IMG/VR virus record: IMGVR_UViG_3300009503_000018
Span: 32,001-96,000 of that record
DNA: 64,000 nucleotides
Direction: 5' to 3' (one strand)
From: a virus
Both the position numbers and the translations under genes were made by a program. The notes beneath the pieces were generated by a model. That model was not told the origin of the DNA. It worked only from the letters and a program-made list of their open reading frames with translations, and did not search any database. Of the stretch, positions 1 to 8,610 are shown in pieces. Position 1 is the first letter of the stretch; every line of letters starts with the position of its first letter.

Positions 1-297
1 AATATCGCCGTAAATCTCTTCGTCAGTTCTCATATTGCGAATTCGATAATGCATAGAATTTGGGGGGAATCTATAGTACATTACGGTTGTACCGAACCGG
101 CCAAAAGCGACTTCAATGCAGTTCTCCTTTACCAATGCTTGCAATCCACGCAACGCCACATCAAAAGAAATCGGATAGTTATTAATGCATTGCCAAATAT
201 TTTTATCGTTGCGATAGCAAAAGTCAATCATCCACTCATGCTCTGGAGAGGTGTCTCTTTCGCAATAAATAGTGAATATGTCGGGAGAAGGTTCCAT
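1..297 (-). CDS. Small protein of an expanded paralog family (W[VIM]I[DE]...R[IFL]RNxxT[DG]E), 3' end runs off the window
   Basis: Hand translation from ATG at 297: MEPSPDIFTIYCERDTSPEHEWMIDF...HYRIRNMRTDEEIYGDI; tandem nucleotide paralog of 305..682. Confidence 0.65.
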   Translation of the reverse strand, partial: MEPSPDIFTIYCERDTSPEHEWMIDFCYRNDKNIWQCINNYPISFDVALRGLQALVKENCIEVAFGRFGTTVMYYRFPPNSMHYRIRNMRTDEEIYGDI

Positions 298-304
298 AAG
301 ATAA

Positions 305-682
305 TCACATCAGAACATCACCGTAAATCCCTTCGTCAGTTCTCATATTGCGAATTCGATAATGCGTACAATTCGGGGGGAACCGGTAATAAAATACGGA
401 CTGACCAAAATCGAGGGAGAGCCCAATACGGTTCGTATTGACCAAAGCTTGCAATCCACGCAATGCCACATCAAAAGAAATCGGATAGTTATTAATGCAT
501 TGCCAGATATTAATTGTCGCAATGCTTATGAAATATTCAATCACCCACTCATATTTTGGAGATGGGTCTCTTTTGCAATAAATAGTGAATGTGTCGGGAG
601 CATGTTCCATATTGTGAACTGATTCGATTTCTGCTATCCCGTCCGCATTGTACTGAATTTCGTGGACGCGGATGTGTATCAT
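305..682 (-). CDS. Small protein of the same paralog family
   Basis: EWVIEY...HYRIRNMRTDEGIYGDVLM; long identical blocks with the copy at 1..297; true start may be ATG at 610. Confidence 0.7.
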   Translation of the reverse strand: MIHIRVHEIQYNADGIAEIESVHNMEHAPDTFTIYCKRDPSPKYEWVIEYFISIATINIWQCINNYPISFDVALRGLQALVNTNRIGLSLDFGQSVFYYRFPPNCTHYRIRNMRTDEGIYGDVLM

Positions 683-731
683 ACATTACTTTTGTTCGAT
701 CTCAAAGAATAGGACTCCGAACGAGGACTGT

Positions 732-1067
732 TCACAGTACATGAAAAACATGTGATAAAGAAAAGAGAACAACCGTCAAATATACCACGAGGAGAAATCG
801 CCAGGCTGTTTGCACCAGAGGTCGATGCCTCCACGGAATGGACAATGTCAGCAATCCCGTTTTATACAAAAAAATCATCATCATGGCTTGTGGCAATCCA
901 TGCACTCCAATCAAATATTTGACAATCGGATTCAATTCGACCACGTCATGACGTGCAGTCAATCCGATGTAGGTCGTGATGGAATCCAAAGCAAATAGGC
1001 AAATCAAAAAACCATAAAGAAAAAACTGGGAATTCTTTTTTACATAGTTTTGCATAAAAAACTCCAC
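732..1067 (-). CDS. Small multi-pass membrane protein (DUF5658-like)
   Basis: Hydrophobic segments and LDSITTYIGL...ELNPIV pattern. Confidence 0.5.
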   Translation of the reverse strand: MEFFMQNYVKKNSQFFLYGFLICLFALDSITTYIGLTARHDVVELNPIVKYLIGVHGLPQAMMMIFLYKTGLLTLSIPWRHRPLVQTAWRFLLVVYLTVVLFSLSHVFHVL

Positions 1068-1162
1068 ACGAACCAGCTCAGATATGCTCCGACCAGAACG
1101 CCATAAACAAATGCAATGTCGCTGTCACGCATAAATTTTCACCCAATAGTCTTTGCTCATTC

Positions 1163-1420
1163 CTATTTTACAAATGTTGGCAATATTGGCAAAAGGTGCC
1201 ACATTGCCGTATCTCTAGGATCGACAGAACGACAGGACGCTAACGCCCGTCTTTCCTCATCCTGAATGAGGAGATCGTACAAAGAAACTGTGGCGTAGGA
1301 AACCGCTAGACGAAGCGTCTGTTTATGCTCCTTCGACAGGATTTCGTCATTGACGCGATCAAGCGCGTCCAGCGCTTCATCAAATTTTCTTTGCCATTCC
1401 TCAAATTCTTTCGGAGTCAT
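1163..1420 (-). CDS. Hypothetical protein
   Basis: 85-aa ORF in a co-oriented gene string. Confidence 0.55.
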   Translation of the reverse strand: MTPKEFEEWQRKFDEALDALDRVNDEILSKEHKQTLRLAVSYATVSLYDLLIQDEERRALASCRSVDPRDTAMWHLLPILPTFVK

Positions 1421-1484
1421 AATGAATGATTTTTCTTTTTATAAACTACTTATTGGAGTGTATGGCATAGACTACGCACCGTTA

Positions 1485-1655
1485 TTACAATCTCGATCTC
1501 TCTTCACGCGCGGCACGCTGTCCCTGAATATAGCCGCTACGATACATAGGATTGGGCGAGGTCAATGCGGTGATAAGACGAATGCCGTTGCGCGCGTCCA
1601 AATAGCCATTGCGCCATGCATCACGCCACGTTGGATCACTGGGATACTCGGTCAT
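1485..1655 (-). CDS. 56-aa protein, ribosome modulation factor (RMF)-like pattern; absent from ORF track
   Basis: GAGGAG RBS, ATG at 1655: MTEYPSDPTWRDAWRNGYLDARNGIRLITALTSPNPMYRSGYIQGQRAAREERSRL; own promoter at 1679..1707. Confidence 0.55.
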   Translation of the reverse strand: MTEYPSDPTWRDAWRNGYLDARNGIRLITALTSPNPMYRSGYIQGQRAAREERSRL

Positions 1656-1678
1656 TTGTACTCCTCTTCTAAAATTCG

Positions 1679-1707
1679 AGAATATCAGGATTGATGATCA
1701 ATGTCAA
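1679..1707 (-). promoter_or_regulatory. sigma70-type promoter
   Basis: TTGACA-TTGATCATCAATCCTGA(17)-TATTCT. Confidence 0.65.
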
Positions 1708-1786
1708 TAATCTTTGGCCTGTGCGTAAAACATATAGGAAGACATAGCGCTTGGATCGGCACAGACCGAGGACCATCCTCGGCGTA

Positions 1787-2200
1787 CTATTTCCACTGAA
1801 TGCCGGCTCGAAATACCGGCATGACTTCGTACCGGAATTGTGGGCTTAAATGTATTACACAATGATAGGTAAATCCCGCATTTGCAATGCGCCGTAGAAC
1901 AGTATCCGCCCATTCCTTTTCTTTGTCGTGCTGTGGATCAATTAGTAACAGAAAGTACACATCCTGATAAATCACGCGCAGAGCATCGAATGCTTTTTCA
2001 AGTCGGGGAAGAGTAAACACGTTCGGATATTCACCACCATATGGATCACTGTCATCGAGCAGAATTTCGTATTGTCCTATAATTTCATTTTGAAAAACTG
2101 ACGACAAATCCACTTCTTTATACAAGAGCCGACCATGTGGAATAAACACAACGCCCCGAATATGTTCTTTTTCTTTTTTTGAGTCCTTCAGTAGTAGCAT
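1787..2200 (-). CDS. Hypothetical protein
   Basis: 137-aa ORF abutting the upstream gene. Confidence 0.55.
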   Translation of the reverse strand: MLLLKDSKKEKEHIRGVVFIPHGRLLYKEVDLSSVFQNEIIGQYEILLDDSDPYGGEYPNVFTLPRLEKAFDALRVIYQDVYFLLLIDPQHDKEKEWADTVLRRIANAGFTYHCVIHLSPQFRYEVMPVFRAGIQWK

Positions 2201-2201
2201 C

Positions 2202-2627
2202 TTATAACTTGTGCTCCACGTAATGTCCGACGACGCAGTCGTACCCGCGCTCCTTCGCCGCCTCTAGTGCTTTAGCCCGTAGCTTGGCGGATACACCCGA
2301 ACGGCGCCAAATGTGCGCAACGAACGTGCCCCAGTCGTAACAAACGCGCTTCGCGCACCAACCCGGCGCCGCGCTCTCGCCCCACAGAATATATCCCACG
2401 ATCGCGCCACATGGCCCCATTTCCGCAATGAACGTCGGCTCGCCGCGTTGCGACCATTCGAGGCCCATCTTCCACAGCCGATCCACGTTTTCGTCCGTCG
2501 GCGCCAGGAGGAATCGGAATCCGTCTCGCGCTGCCTCTTCGAGACATGCACGGATCATCGACTTGAGGATAAACGAGTCTTCGGGCCGCCACGGACGAAT
2601 GTTAATCACTTGTGCCTTCTTAGCCAT
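2202..2627 (-). CDS. GNAT-family acetyltransferase
   Basis: IVGYILW...FVAHIWRRSGVSAKLRAKALEAAKERG matches the GNAT acetyl-CoA motif A; starts MAKKAQ within the repeated cassette. Confidence 0.7.
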   Translation of the reverse strand: MAKKAQVINIRPWRPEDSFILKSMIRACLEEAARDGFRFLLAPTDENVDRLWKMGLEWSQRGEPTFIAEMGPCGAIVGYILWGESAAPGWCAKRVCYDWGTFVAHIWRRSGVSAKLRAKALEAAKERGYDCVVGHYVEHKL

Positions 2628-2742
2628 AAGGGTCTCCTTTGTTAACGGGAAAGCCTATCATACACGGGTTCGTGAATTTTGTCAATGCGCGAGTGCTATG
2701 TTTATGCCTATAGCTGCCGTAGCAAGTAGTGAATCACACTAT
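2611..2742 (-). repeat. Promoter-RBS-start cassette, copy 1 (inverted relative to copies 2 and 3)
   Basis: 132 bp, 1 mismatch to 8576..8707; contains TTGACA-17-TATGAT, GGAG and ATGGCTAAGAAGGCACA. Confidence 0.95.
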
Positions 2743-2871
2743 ATACAGTTAACTTAACTAACCCAGTTTTGGAATGCCTTGAGGATTCTCGTAGCGTACC
2801 ACTTGATACAGTTAACTTAACTAACCCAGTTTTGGAATGCCTTGAGGATTCTCGTAGCGTACCACTTGATA
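2743..2871. repeat. Exact 63-bp tandem duplication of a gene 3' end
   Basis: atacagttaacttaactaacccag...gcgtaccacttg starts at 2743 and again at 2806. Confidence 0.95.
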
Positions 2872-3101
2872 TCTATTGACGATTGTTCCCACTCATACCA
2901 TTCTTTGGCATCAGCAACTAAATCTTTAACTTTTTCTAACAACTGTTGATCAGTCAGCAAAGCCCAATTACCGAGTTTTTTCAAGACTCTGACGGCATAC
3001 CATTTGAGGTCTGGTGACGAGCGTTCCCATGTATACCATTCGTCGGCATCAGTGACCAAATCTTTAACGCGCCAGCGCAGTCCTTCAAGGTCATTTTCCA
3101 T
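2817..3101 (-). CDS. Hypothetical protein with two internal repeats
   Basis: VKDLVTDADEWYTWERSSPDLKWYAVRVLK and VKDLVADAKEWYEWEQSSIDIKWYATRILK. Confidence 0.7.
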   Translation of the reverse strand: MENDLEGLRWRVKDLVTDADEWYTWERSSPDLKWYAVRVLKKLGNWALLTDQQLLEKVKDLVADAKEWYEWEQSSIDIKWYATRILKAFQNWVS

Positions 3102-3299
3102 TTATTCCTCCGAACGACGGACTAGTTCAAACCAGTTTCCGCGAGCGTATCCAAATGCGCGACCGTCCGTTGTCTCGGCATACGCGGTTTTGTTTTCTTC
3201 ATCGTAAAAAAGCAGCGCCGCATATTCATTTTTTGATAACCGCCGGTCGAGCGTTGTCATGAGCGCTCGTTCGACGGGGAATCGAATGATTTTTGACAC
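3102..3299 (-). CDS. Hypothetical protein
   Basis: AAGGAG RBS plus GTG start, 65 aa. Confidence 0.6.
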   Translation of the reverse strand: MSKIIRFPVERALMTTLDRRLSKNEYAALLFYDEENKTAYAETTDGRAFGYARGNWFELVRRSEE

Positions 3300-3369
3300 G
3301 TGATTTCTCCTTTACAATCGAGTATACGGAAAAGGAACCCATGTATGACAAATACGCCATCTTCGGAAG

Positions 3370-4149
3370 TCACAATTCCAATTTTTCCAGCACGGGCATG
3401 AGGACGTAAGTGAAGCGCGGATCGCGCGACCCACGGATAACCACGGGACTGGCGTCGTCCGTGATCCCAATCGAAATGATATCGTATGCCGCATGGAGGC
3501 GCAACACATCGGTCAGGTGGCGCGTGTCGAACGCAATGGTGAGCGGCCTTGCGTCGTAACGTATCGGCAGCGCGCTGGCTTGCGGATTCGCGTCCGGCAC
3601 AACGTCGAGGCGGCCGTGGTCGAAGTGCAAACGGACGGTTGGGGAGTGCTTGGGATAGAGACGATATAAGGCGTCGAGGAACTCTTCGCACGGGACCTCA
3701 GCGGTTATACCATGAGGCTTTGGGATGGCCTCATGGTACGGAAAGGTGACATCGCGCAGCACGGGCAAGACGATGATGGAAGTGCCGTCGGTCGTCCGCA
3801 CGTCAAGGCCGCGGTCGGTCAGCGCAAGGGTCATTTGAGCGTCCGACCGGCCACCCACGAGTCGCTCGTGTAGGTCGGCCAGCGGCTTGCGCGGGATAAC
3901 GAGCCCGGGCGGTAGATCGACGGCCTCGCAGTCCCGTTCAACGACGGCGAGCCGATACCCATCGCTGGCGACCAGGCGCAGCGCGCAGGGCGGTTGGGTC
4001 TCTATGAGGACGGTGCTCAGATAGGGACGTGCCGGATCACGCCCCGCAGCGAACAGGGTCCGGTCTAGCATTTCGCGGAACGTGCGTGCGACAATCCGTA
4101 CCGTAGGGGCCGCGTCCGTACTGTTACTGAGCGTCGTTATTTTTGACAC
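3370..4149 (-). CDS. dnaN: DNA polymerase III beta-clamp-like protein, domains II-III only
   Basis: RPYLSTVLIE...LRLVASDGYRLA, FPYHEAIP, IAFDTRHLTDVL and C-terminal YVLMPV are DnaN signatures; 259 aa versus about 370 aa for full DnaN. Confidence 0.8.
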   Translation of the reverse strand: MSKITTLSNSTDAAPTVRIVARTFREMLDRTLFAAGRDPARPYLSTVLIETQPPCALRLVASDGYRLAVVERDCEAVDLPPGLVIPRKPLADLHERLVGGRSDAQMTLALTDRGLDVRTTDGTSIIVLPVLRDVTFPYHEAIPKPHGITAEVPCEEFLDALYRLYPKHSPTVRLHFDHGRLDVVPDANPQASALPIRYDARPLTIAFDTRHLTDVLRLHAAYDIISIGITDDASPVVIRGSRDPRFTYVLMPVLEKLEL

Positions 4150-4180
4150 GTAATTTCTCCTTCATTCATTCGCTATATTG

Positions 4181-4209
4181 ACTTTACCCGGATTAGCGAA
4201 TTTTGTCAA
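4181..4209 (-). promoter_or_regulatory. sigma70-type promoter
   Basis: TTGACA-AAATTCGCTAATCCGGG-TAAAGT upstream of the clamp gene. Confidence 0.7.
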
Positions 4210-4264
4210 TACGCAAATGCTATGTTCTCTTAGCAGCCTCCCCGGTACGTAGATGTGATCAGCG

Positions 4265-4969
4265 TCAACTCAGCGACGGGCTTGAAGACTTCTCCGTATG
4301 TGGGTTATTATTGAGTACTGTCGTTTTTCCCTTGGAACCGGGCTTCGGTTTTGCTGCCATAATATTGTTAATTTCCGGCGTGTACTTTCCAGTCTTGGGA
4401 TTGAGCTTATTCTCGATCACGAGCCGACATTCGCGACCAATGACGGTATCCTTAAAAAAAGGAATAGAAAGCTTCAAGGCATTCAACGTCTTCACCAACT
4501 TGGACTGTGAATCGAAAGTATATCGGGTATACCAACTTAGTACGCCCTTGTCTTCATGACCAATTAGGACAAAATCCCAACGAAATCCCGAATACTGATC
4601 TACTAACACAACCCGTCCAGATTGCGGCTTATTCCCTTTAAATACAGAGCTATCACGCTCGAATTGAACATTGACAACAATCGCTAAATACGTATCATCG
4701 TCGAGGCTGCCCTTAAAAAGGGGGTTGTGCTTGTACTTATTGCAAAATTTCGCTTTGAATTCGTTTTCAATACGGGATCGCCAAAGCTGACGGCGAACGA
4801 CATCTCCCCGCGTATGAGCCAAAGCACACTGTAGTTCAGTAGCGAGTAGGGCAGACCGATCTTCTTCGGATAGTGGCGATTTGACAATATCATCAAAATA
4901 TGATATGGCATTTTGCCGTCTAATATCGAATAGCTTATCGGCGGGTCGTTGTACAGTTTTGGTCGCCAT
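4265..4969 (-). CDS. Hypothetical protein
   Basis: 234-aa ORF with AAGGAG RBS. Confidence 0.7.
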   Translation of the reverse strand: MATKTVQRPADKLFDIRRQNAISYFDDIVKSPLSEEDRSALLATELQCALAHTRGDVVRRQLWRSRIENEFKAKFCNKYKHNPLFKGSLDDDTYLAIVVNVQFERDSSVFKGNKPQSGRVVLVDQYSGFRWDFVLIGHEDKGVLSWYTRYTFDSQSKLVKTLNALKLSIPFFKDTVIGRECRLVIENKLNPKTGKYTPEINNIMAAKPKPGSKGKTTVLNNNPHTEKSSSPSLS

Positions 4970-5198
4970 TTTTTTCTCCTTTTCTATTGCTTATATAAAT
5001 CTTACTTACCATAGTCGGTAATCAATTGCAAGTACCCCCTGTTGTCCGCAATGCGGTTTCTTTCTTCGCGGTTGTGGCGTGCGGCCTAGCGGAGTTGCGT
5101 CATGTTTCTACCTTATTCCTAATTCCTATCTTCTTCCTGCCCAGATTTCGCACGCGGCGCGCATCGGATCGTCAGAAAGCAAGAAAACGAACCGGGAT

Positions 5199-5363
5199 TC
5201 AATCTGGCTCATCACACAACGGACACACCAGCGCACGACCTTCGTACCTCCAACCCGCCGGCAACAAACACATCGGTGGTCGGTCAAAGGCGCCGAGAAC
5301 GTTGTGCATAGTGACCCACCCACAGCGGTCGCAGACAAAGCGATACTCAATGTAGATCGGCAT
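5199..5363 (-). CDS. 54-aa zinc-ribbon protein; absent from ORF track
   Basis: AGAAGGA RBS; MPIYIEYRFVCDRCGWVTMHNVLGAFDRPPMCLLPAGWRYEGRALVCPLCDEPD with CxxC...CxxC. Confidence 0.6.
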   Translation of the reverse strand: MPIYIEYRFVCDRCGWVTMHNVLGAFDRPPMCLLPAGWRYEGRALVCPLCDEPD

Positions 5364-5422
5364 GATCAATCCTTCTATCTCTTTTATTTTCCAATACTTA
5401 TTTCCAATTTTTTACCATTTAT

Positions 5423-5689
5423 CTATTTGAAATTCTTACGATTTTTGTGGCCTTTGCTATCCTTTTTCCCCTTTTCTTTTGTTACTAAATCCAATTTTTT
5501 CGCCAACCTTTTCTGAATTGTAATTTTCAATTCCGTTTTTCGTACCGGGATGTGTATCCCAATAGAACGACCTTTTCGGTCGATAACGTCAAAAATGTAA
5601 TATCGAGGATTCACTGTTTTATAGACTCGGAATTTACAAAATCGACCTTGGATTTCAACTCCGGGTTGGAATTTATGCGAAAACTGCAT
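5423..5689 (-). CDS. Basic hypothetical protein
   Basis: 88-aa ORF with Lys-rich C-terminus. Confidence 0.5.
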   Translation of the reverse strand: MQFSHKFQPGVEIQGRFCKFRVYKTVNPRYYIFDVIDRKGRSIGIHIPVRKTELKITIQKRLAKKLDLVTKEKGKKDSKGHKNRKNFK

Positions 5690-5909
5690 ATGGGATAATC
5701 TCCCCTGTTATGATATTGCGAAATCTAAAAGAAAAAATGCAATCCTTAACGCGACCGCAACGGGCGCGGACAATAGACACACAATCTTCGAGAGTACATG
5801 GGTTCATTGGAATCCCATTACATCCACGCCGACAGTTTTCATGATACCACGAATCTTCAGTCACAGTCCACCGCCCCGCTTCGGTGTAAATGTCAATAAC
5901 CCATTCCAT
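5673..5909 (-). CDS. Paralog-family protein
   Basis: MEWVIDIY...PCTLEDC...FRFRNIITGEIIPY. Confidence 0.7.
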   Translation of the reverse strand: MEWVIDIYTEAGRWTVTEDSWYHENCRRGCNGIPMNPCTLEDCVSIVRARCGRVKDCIFSFRFRNIITGEIIPYAVFA

Positions 5910-5912
5910 GAC

Positions 5913-6161
5913 TTATACGAAAAGCTCATAGGGAATGATTTCTCCCGTTTTGATATTGCGAAATCTCCAATACGGAGCGCACTTTCGTTTGTTACGAACC
6001 ACGACTAAACACTCTTCGAGAGAATGTGGCTTCATTGGAAGCTGATTACATCCATGCCGGCAGCTATTGCGAAACCACGAATCTTCAGCTACACCCCAAT
6101 TGAGATTACCCTGATCGTCGTAGTCTCGTATTTCGATAATCCACTCCCTCTTTTGTCTCAT
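5913..6161 (-). CDS. Paralog-family protein
   Basis: MRQKREWIIEI...PHSLEECL...WRFRNIKTGEIIPYELFV; ATG at 6161 chosen over the track start at 6209. Confidence 0.7.
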   Translation of the reverse strand: MRQKREWIIEIRDYDDQGNLNWGVAEDSWFRNSCRHGCNQLPMKPHSLEECLVVVRNKRKCAPYWRFRNIKTGEIIPYELFV

Positions 6162-6171
6162 AATCCTGGCG

Positions 6172-6462
6172 TTAATAAACAGTACTTCCCGCATCAACGA
6201 AAAGCTCATAGGGAATGATTTCTCCCGTTTTGATATTGCGAAATCTCCAATTAGGAGCGAGCTTTCGTTTTATAAGAACCACGGCTAAACAATCTTCAAG
6301 AGAATGTGGCTGCATCGGAAGATTATATGCCCAAGCAGACTGGCAAATTCGACGGGTTTTACATCCATGCCGGCAGCTATTGCGAAACCACGAATCTTCA
6401 GCTACCATCCACTGTCCCGCAGTGGTATAAATGTCAATAACCCACGATTTGCTTTGTCTCAT
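6172..6462 (-). CDS. Paralog-family protein
   Basis: SWVIDIY...PHSLEDCL...WRFRNIKTGEIIPYELFV; nucleotide blocks of about 45-55 bp identical to the adjacent copy. Confidence 0.7.
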   Translation of the reverse strand: MRQSKSWVIDIYTTAGQWMVAEDSWFRNSCRHGCKTRRICQSAWAYNLPMQPHSLEDCLAVVLIKRKLAPNWRFRNIKTGEIIPYELFVDAGSTVY

Positions 6463-6623
6463 AATCCTACGTTAAGAAGCAAATGTGGAAGGCGCGGGTG
6501 TTCATATTTCGAAAAAGGATTTGGACGGTGAATAAGCAAGTAGAACAAAAAAAAGATTGCACCGGCTAAACACACAATATTGATAATTTTTTTTAACATT
6601 TTTAGTACAAACCGGGATGTCGT

Positions 6624-6953
6624 CTACGCTCGACGTGGACGGCCGCGATATTCGCGGGTGTCGCACTCGCCGGGATTCCTTTGCCACCCCATGTGAACCT
6701 CTACACGACGCATACCACATCGAGTGCATACCCATTCAAATCGGTACGTTGTCCCGCCAAGCGACCAAACGCCGGGGTTTGTATTGCAGCCGCCAACGAG
6801 TTTTACGTCATCGCTCCAGGCATGTTCTTCGTCCTCGTCCTTCGGGCATGGCGGCTCGTCCGCCCATGCTTCACAAATGCCATCCCCGCCACAACAAAAG
6901 TCGGTGGGATCATGGTCAATATCCCTAGTACAGTCATCGCAATAGTGAGCCAT
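6624..6953 (-). CDS. Cys-rich hypothetical protein
   Basis: GAGGA RBS; MAHYCDDC...GGCNTNPGVWSLGG...CTRCG. Confidence 0.6.
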   Translation of the reverse strand: MAHYCDDCTRDIDHDPTDFCCGGDGICEAWADEPPCPKDEDEEHAWSDDVKLVGGCNTNPGVWSLGGTTYRFEWVCTRCGMRRVEVHMGWQRNPGECDTREYRGRPRRA

Positions 6954-6963
6954 ACGTTTCCTC

Positions 6964-7932
6964 CTATGCTCCCTGCTTCCAGCACACGAGACGGGCAATG
7001 CGCTCAAACGTTTCTTGATCCTGCGAAGCCTTCAAGACATTCGCCAATTTCACGACGGTACGCAAAGAGACCTCGCGGAGCTGGGCCTGATGCGCTCGGA
7101 TGTATTCCAACACCGAAGCCCCTTGTTCCGGTGTAATCCCGAGATGTTCGACCATATCGGTCTTTTGCACGACCTGTTCAAGCCGCAAGAATAGCTCCTG
7201 AGCAGACCGCAGGTGCAGATCCAGATAATACGAGCGACTAAGTAGCGCCTCGATATGGGGGGCGAGTCGGCTCTTGAGCGATCGTTCGAAGTCCATGTTG
7301 GTCACGAAAATGACCGCGCCGTCGAACGTGAAAGAATTCGGCAAAATATTGCCGTTTTCATCCTTGAATCGGTATTCGCTCAACCAGGAGATGTGCCGGC
7401 TCTTTGTCGTATCCAGGGCGGTCTTGAGCATGTTGAGCGATGTTTCATCGCCAAAGATCGAATCACAATCGTCGAGCATCAGGATAGACGATGCCTCGCG
7501 CGAGTCATACAAGAGACCATACAACCCGCTCGCCCGAGCATATCCATGCACCACTCGGGTCTTGAAATTCCCCCATGCCGTTGCCGCGAGCAGCGCCCGC
7601 TCGATTGTGTACGTCTTGCCGATGCCGGGATTCCCGGCGACGATCAGCGCCCGATAATGCCCACGCAGCACCCCATAGGCCATGTCTTCGAGGGCATCGA
7701 ATCGTTCGGCAATTTCTTGCCGGAGTACCTCGACAGACTTCGTCTTGACCGGCTCGGGCGGGGAATCGGAGGAATCGGGGGCTGAATCGAAAGCATAGAC
7801 CGGATTTCGACCCCGAGACACACACCGGAGCTTCGGCACGGCCAAAGAGTGTTGTGCGCAATACGCCAGCAAATCGCTGCGCCGCACCGTCTTCCCAAAC
7901 TGATTCCTCAACGCGCAAAGATCAACCTTCAT
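6964..7932 (-). CDS. AAA+ family ATPase
   Basis: Walker A GNPGIGKT, Walker B ILMLDDCD, VIFVTN, SRSYYLDL. Confidence 0.85.
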   Translation of the reverse strand: MKVDLCALRNQFGKTVRRSDLLAYCAQHSLAVPKLRCVSRGRNPVYAFDSAPDSSDSPPEPVKTKSVEVLRQEIAERFDALEDMAYGVLRGHYRALIVAGNPGIGKTYTIERALLAATAWGNFKTRVVHGYARASGLYGLLYDSREASSILMLDDCDSIFGDETSLNMLKTALDTTKSRHISWLSEYRFKDENGNILPNSFTFDGAVIFVTNMDFERSLKSRLAPHIEALLSRSYYLDLHLRSAQELFLRLEQVVQKTDMVEHLGITPEQGASVLEYIRAHQAQLREVSLRTVVKLANVLKASQDQETFERIARLVCWKQGA

Positions 7933-7997
7933 ATCGGTTCCTTCAAGTCGAAGAAGTCATCAGCGTCGATGTGCTTTGCTCTTTGCTTAGGACTCAC
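7929..7997 (-). CDS. 22-aa leader ORF translationally coupled to the ATPase
   Basis: GGAG RBS, GTG start, MSPKQRAKHIDADDFFDLKEPI; ATGA overlap with the ATPase start. Confidence 0.35.
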   Translation of the reverse strand: MSPKQRAKHIDADDFFDLKEPI

Positions 7998-8017
7998 CTT
8001 ATTCTCCAAACTCTTTC

Positions 8018-8046
8018 ATAGTACCCCGTTTAATCGAAAATGTCAA
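8018..8046 (-). promoter_or_regulatory. sigma70-type promoter
   Basis: TTGACA-TTTTCGATTAAACGGGG-TACTAT. Confidence 0.6.
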
Positions 8047-8249
8047 TACGGTCGGGCTTCCTTAACGGTTGGTGGATGCAGTACGCGGAACCACGACGGC
8101 GGGATCGCACGACCGGACCGTGCGTACTCAGCTTGTGCCGCGCGCAGATGCCATTCACACACTGCTACGCCGTGGACATCATAATGCCCGGGCGCCCAAC
8201 AGCGGCGGCCGTCTCGACGAGTCCAAGTACATTTCATGTAATGGCGCAT
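8043..8249 (-). CDS. Small Cys/His protein
   Basis: GGAGGA RBS, 68 aa, C...C...CxxH. Confidence 0.55.
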   Translation of the reverse strand: MRHYMKCTWTRRDGRRCWAPGHYDVHGVAVCEWHLRAAQAEYARSGRAIPPSWFRVLHPPTVKEARPY

Positions 8250-8275
8250 TGCTATCCTCCTCCCTGATTGTTCCT

Positions 8276-8304
8276 ATCATACCCGGATTAGCGAATAATG
8301 TCAA
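8276..8304 (-). promoter_or_regulatory. sigma70-type promoter, divergent from cassette copy 2
   Basis: TTGACA-TTATTCGCTAATCCGGG-TATGAT. Confidence 0.7.
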
Positions 8305-8316
8305 GAGGAATAATGA

Positions 8317-8427
8317 ATAGGCATAAACATAGCACTCGCGCATTGACAAAATTCACGAACCCGTGTATGATAGGCTTTCCCGTTAACAAAGGAGACCCTT
8401 ATGGCTAAGAAGGCACAGACGATGTAC
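8317..8427 (+). repeat. Promoter-RBS-start cassette, copy 2
   Basis: TTGACA 8343-8348, TATGAT 8366-8371, GGAG, ATG 8401; 8320..8427 identical to 8610..8717. Confidence 0.95.
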
Positions 8428-8610
8428 AACTGGTGGCTAGCTCGACTCGAAGGGGACAAGGCAACTCCAGAGCAACATGCGCGGATTCTGGAGTTGGCCA
8501 AACAATTGAATAAGAATTATCCTGAAAAGGTAATTCTGGAAGCAGTCCAGAGCACAATGTGCAGAGAATTCGCTTATAGTGTGATTCACTACTTGCTACG
8601 GCAGCTATAA
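8401..8610 (+). CDS. Hypothetical protein (MAKKAQ start)
   Basis: 69-aa ORF directly behind cassette copy 2. Confidence 0.65.
   Translation: MAKKAQTMYNWWLARLEGDKATPEQHARILELAKQLNKNYPEKVILEAVQSTMCREFAYSVIHYLLRQL

Noticed and set aside
5030-5103. Stop-codon reassignment suggested by a few small ORFs with in-frame TAG (here, about 9480 and about 20305)
   Set aside because: All large conserved genes are intact in code 11 and several end properly at TAG; no suppressor tRNA seen
5913-6462. Diversity-generating retroelement TR/VR pair
   Set aside because: Differences between copies are not adenine-specific and include indels; both copies are ORFs; no reverse transcriptase in the window
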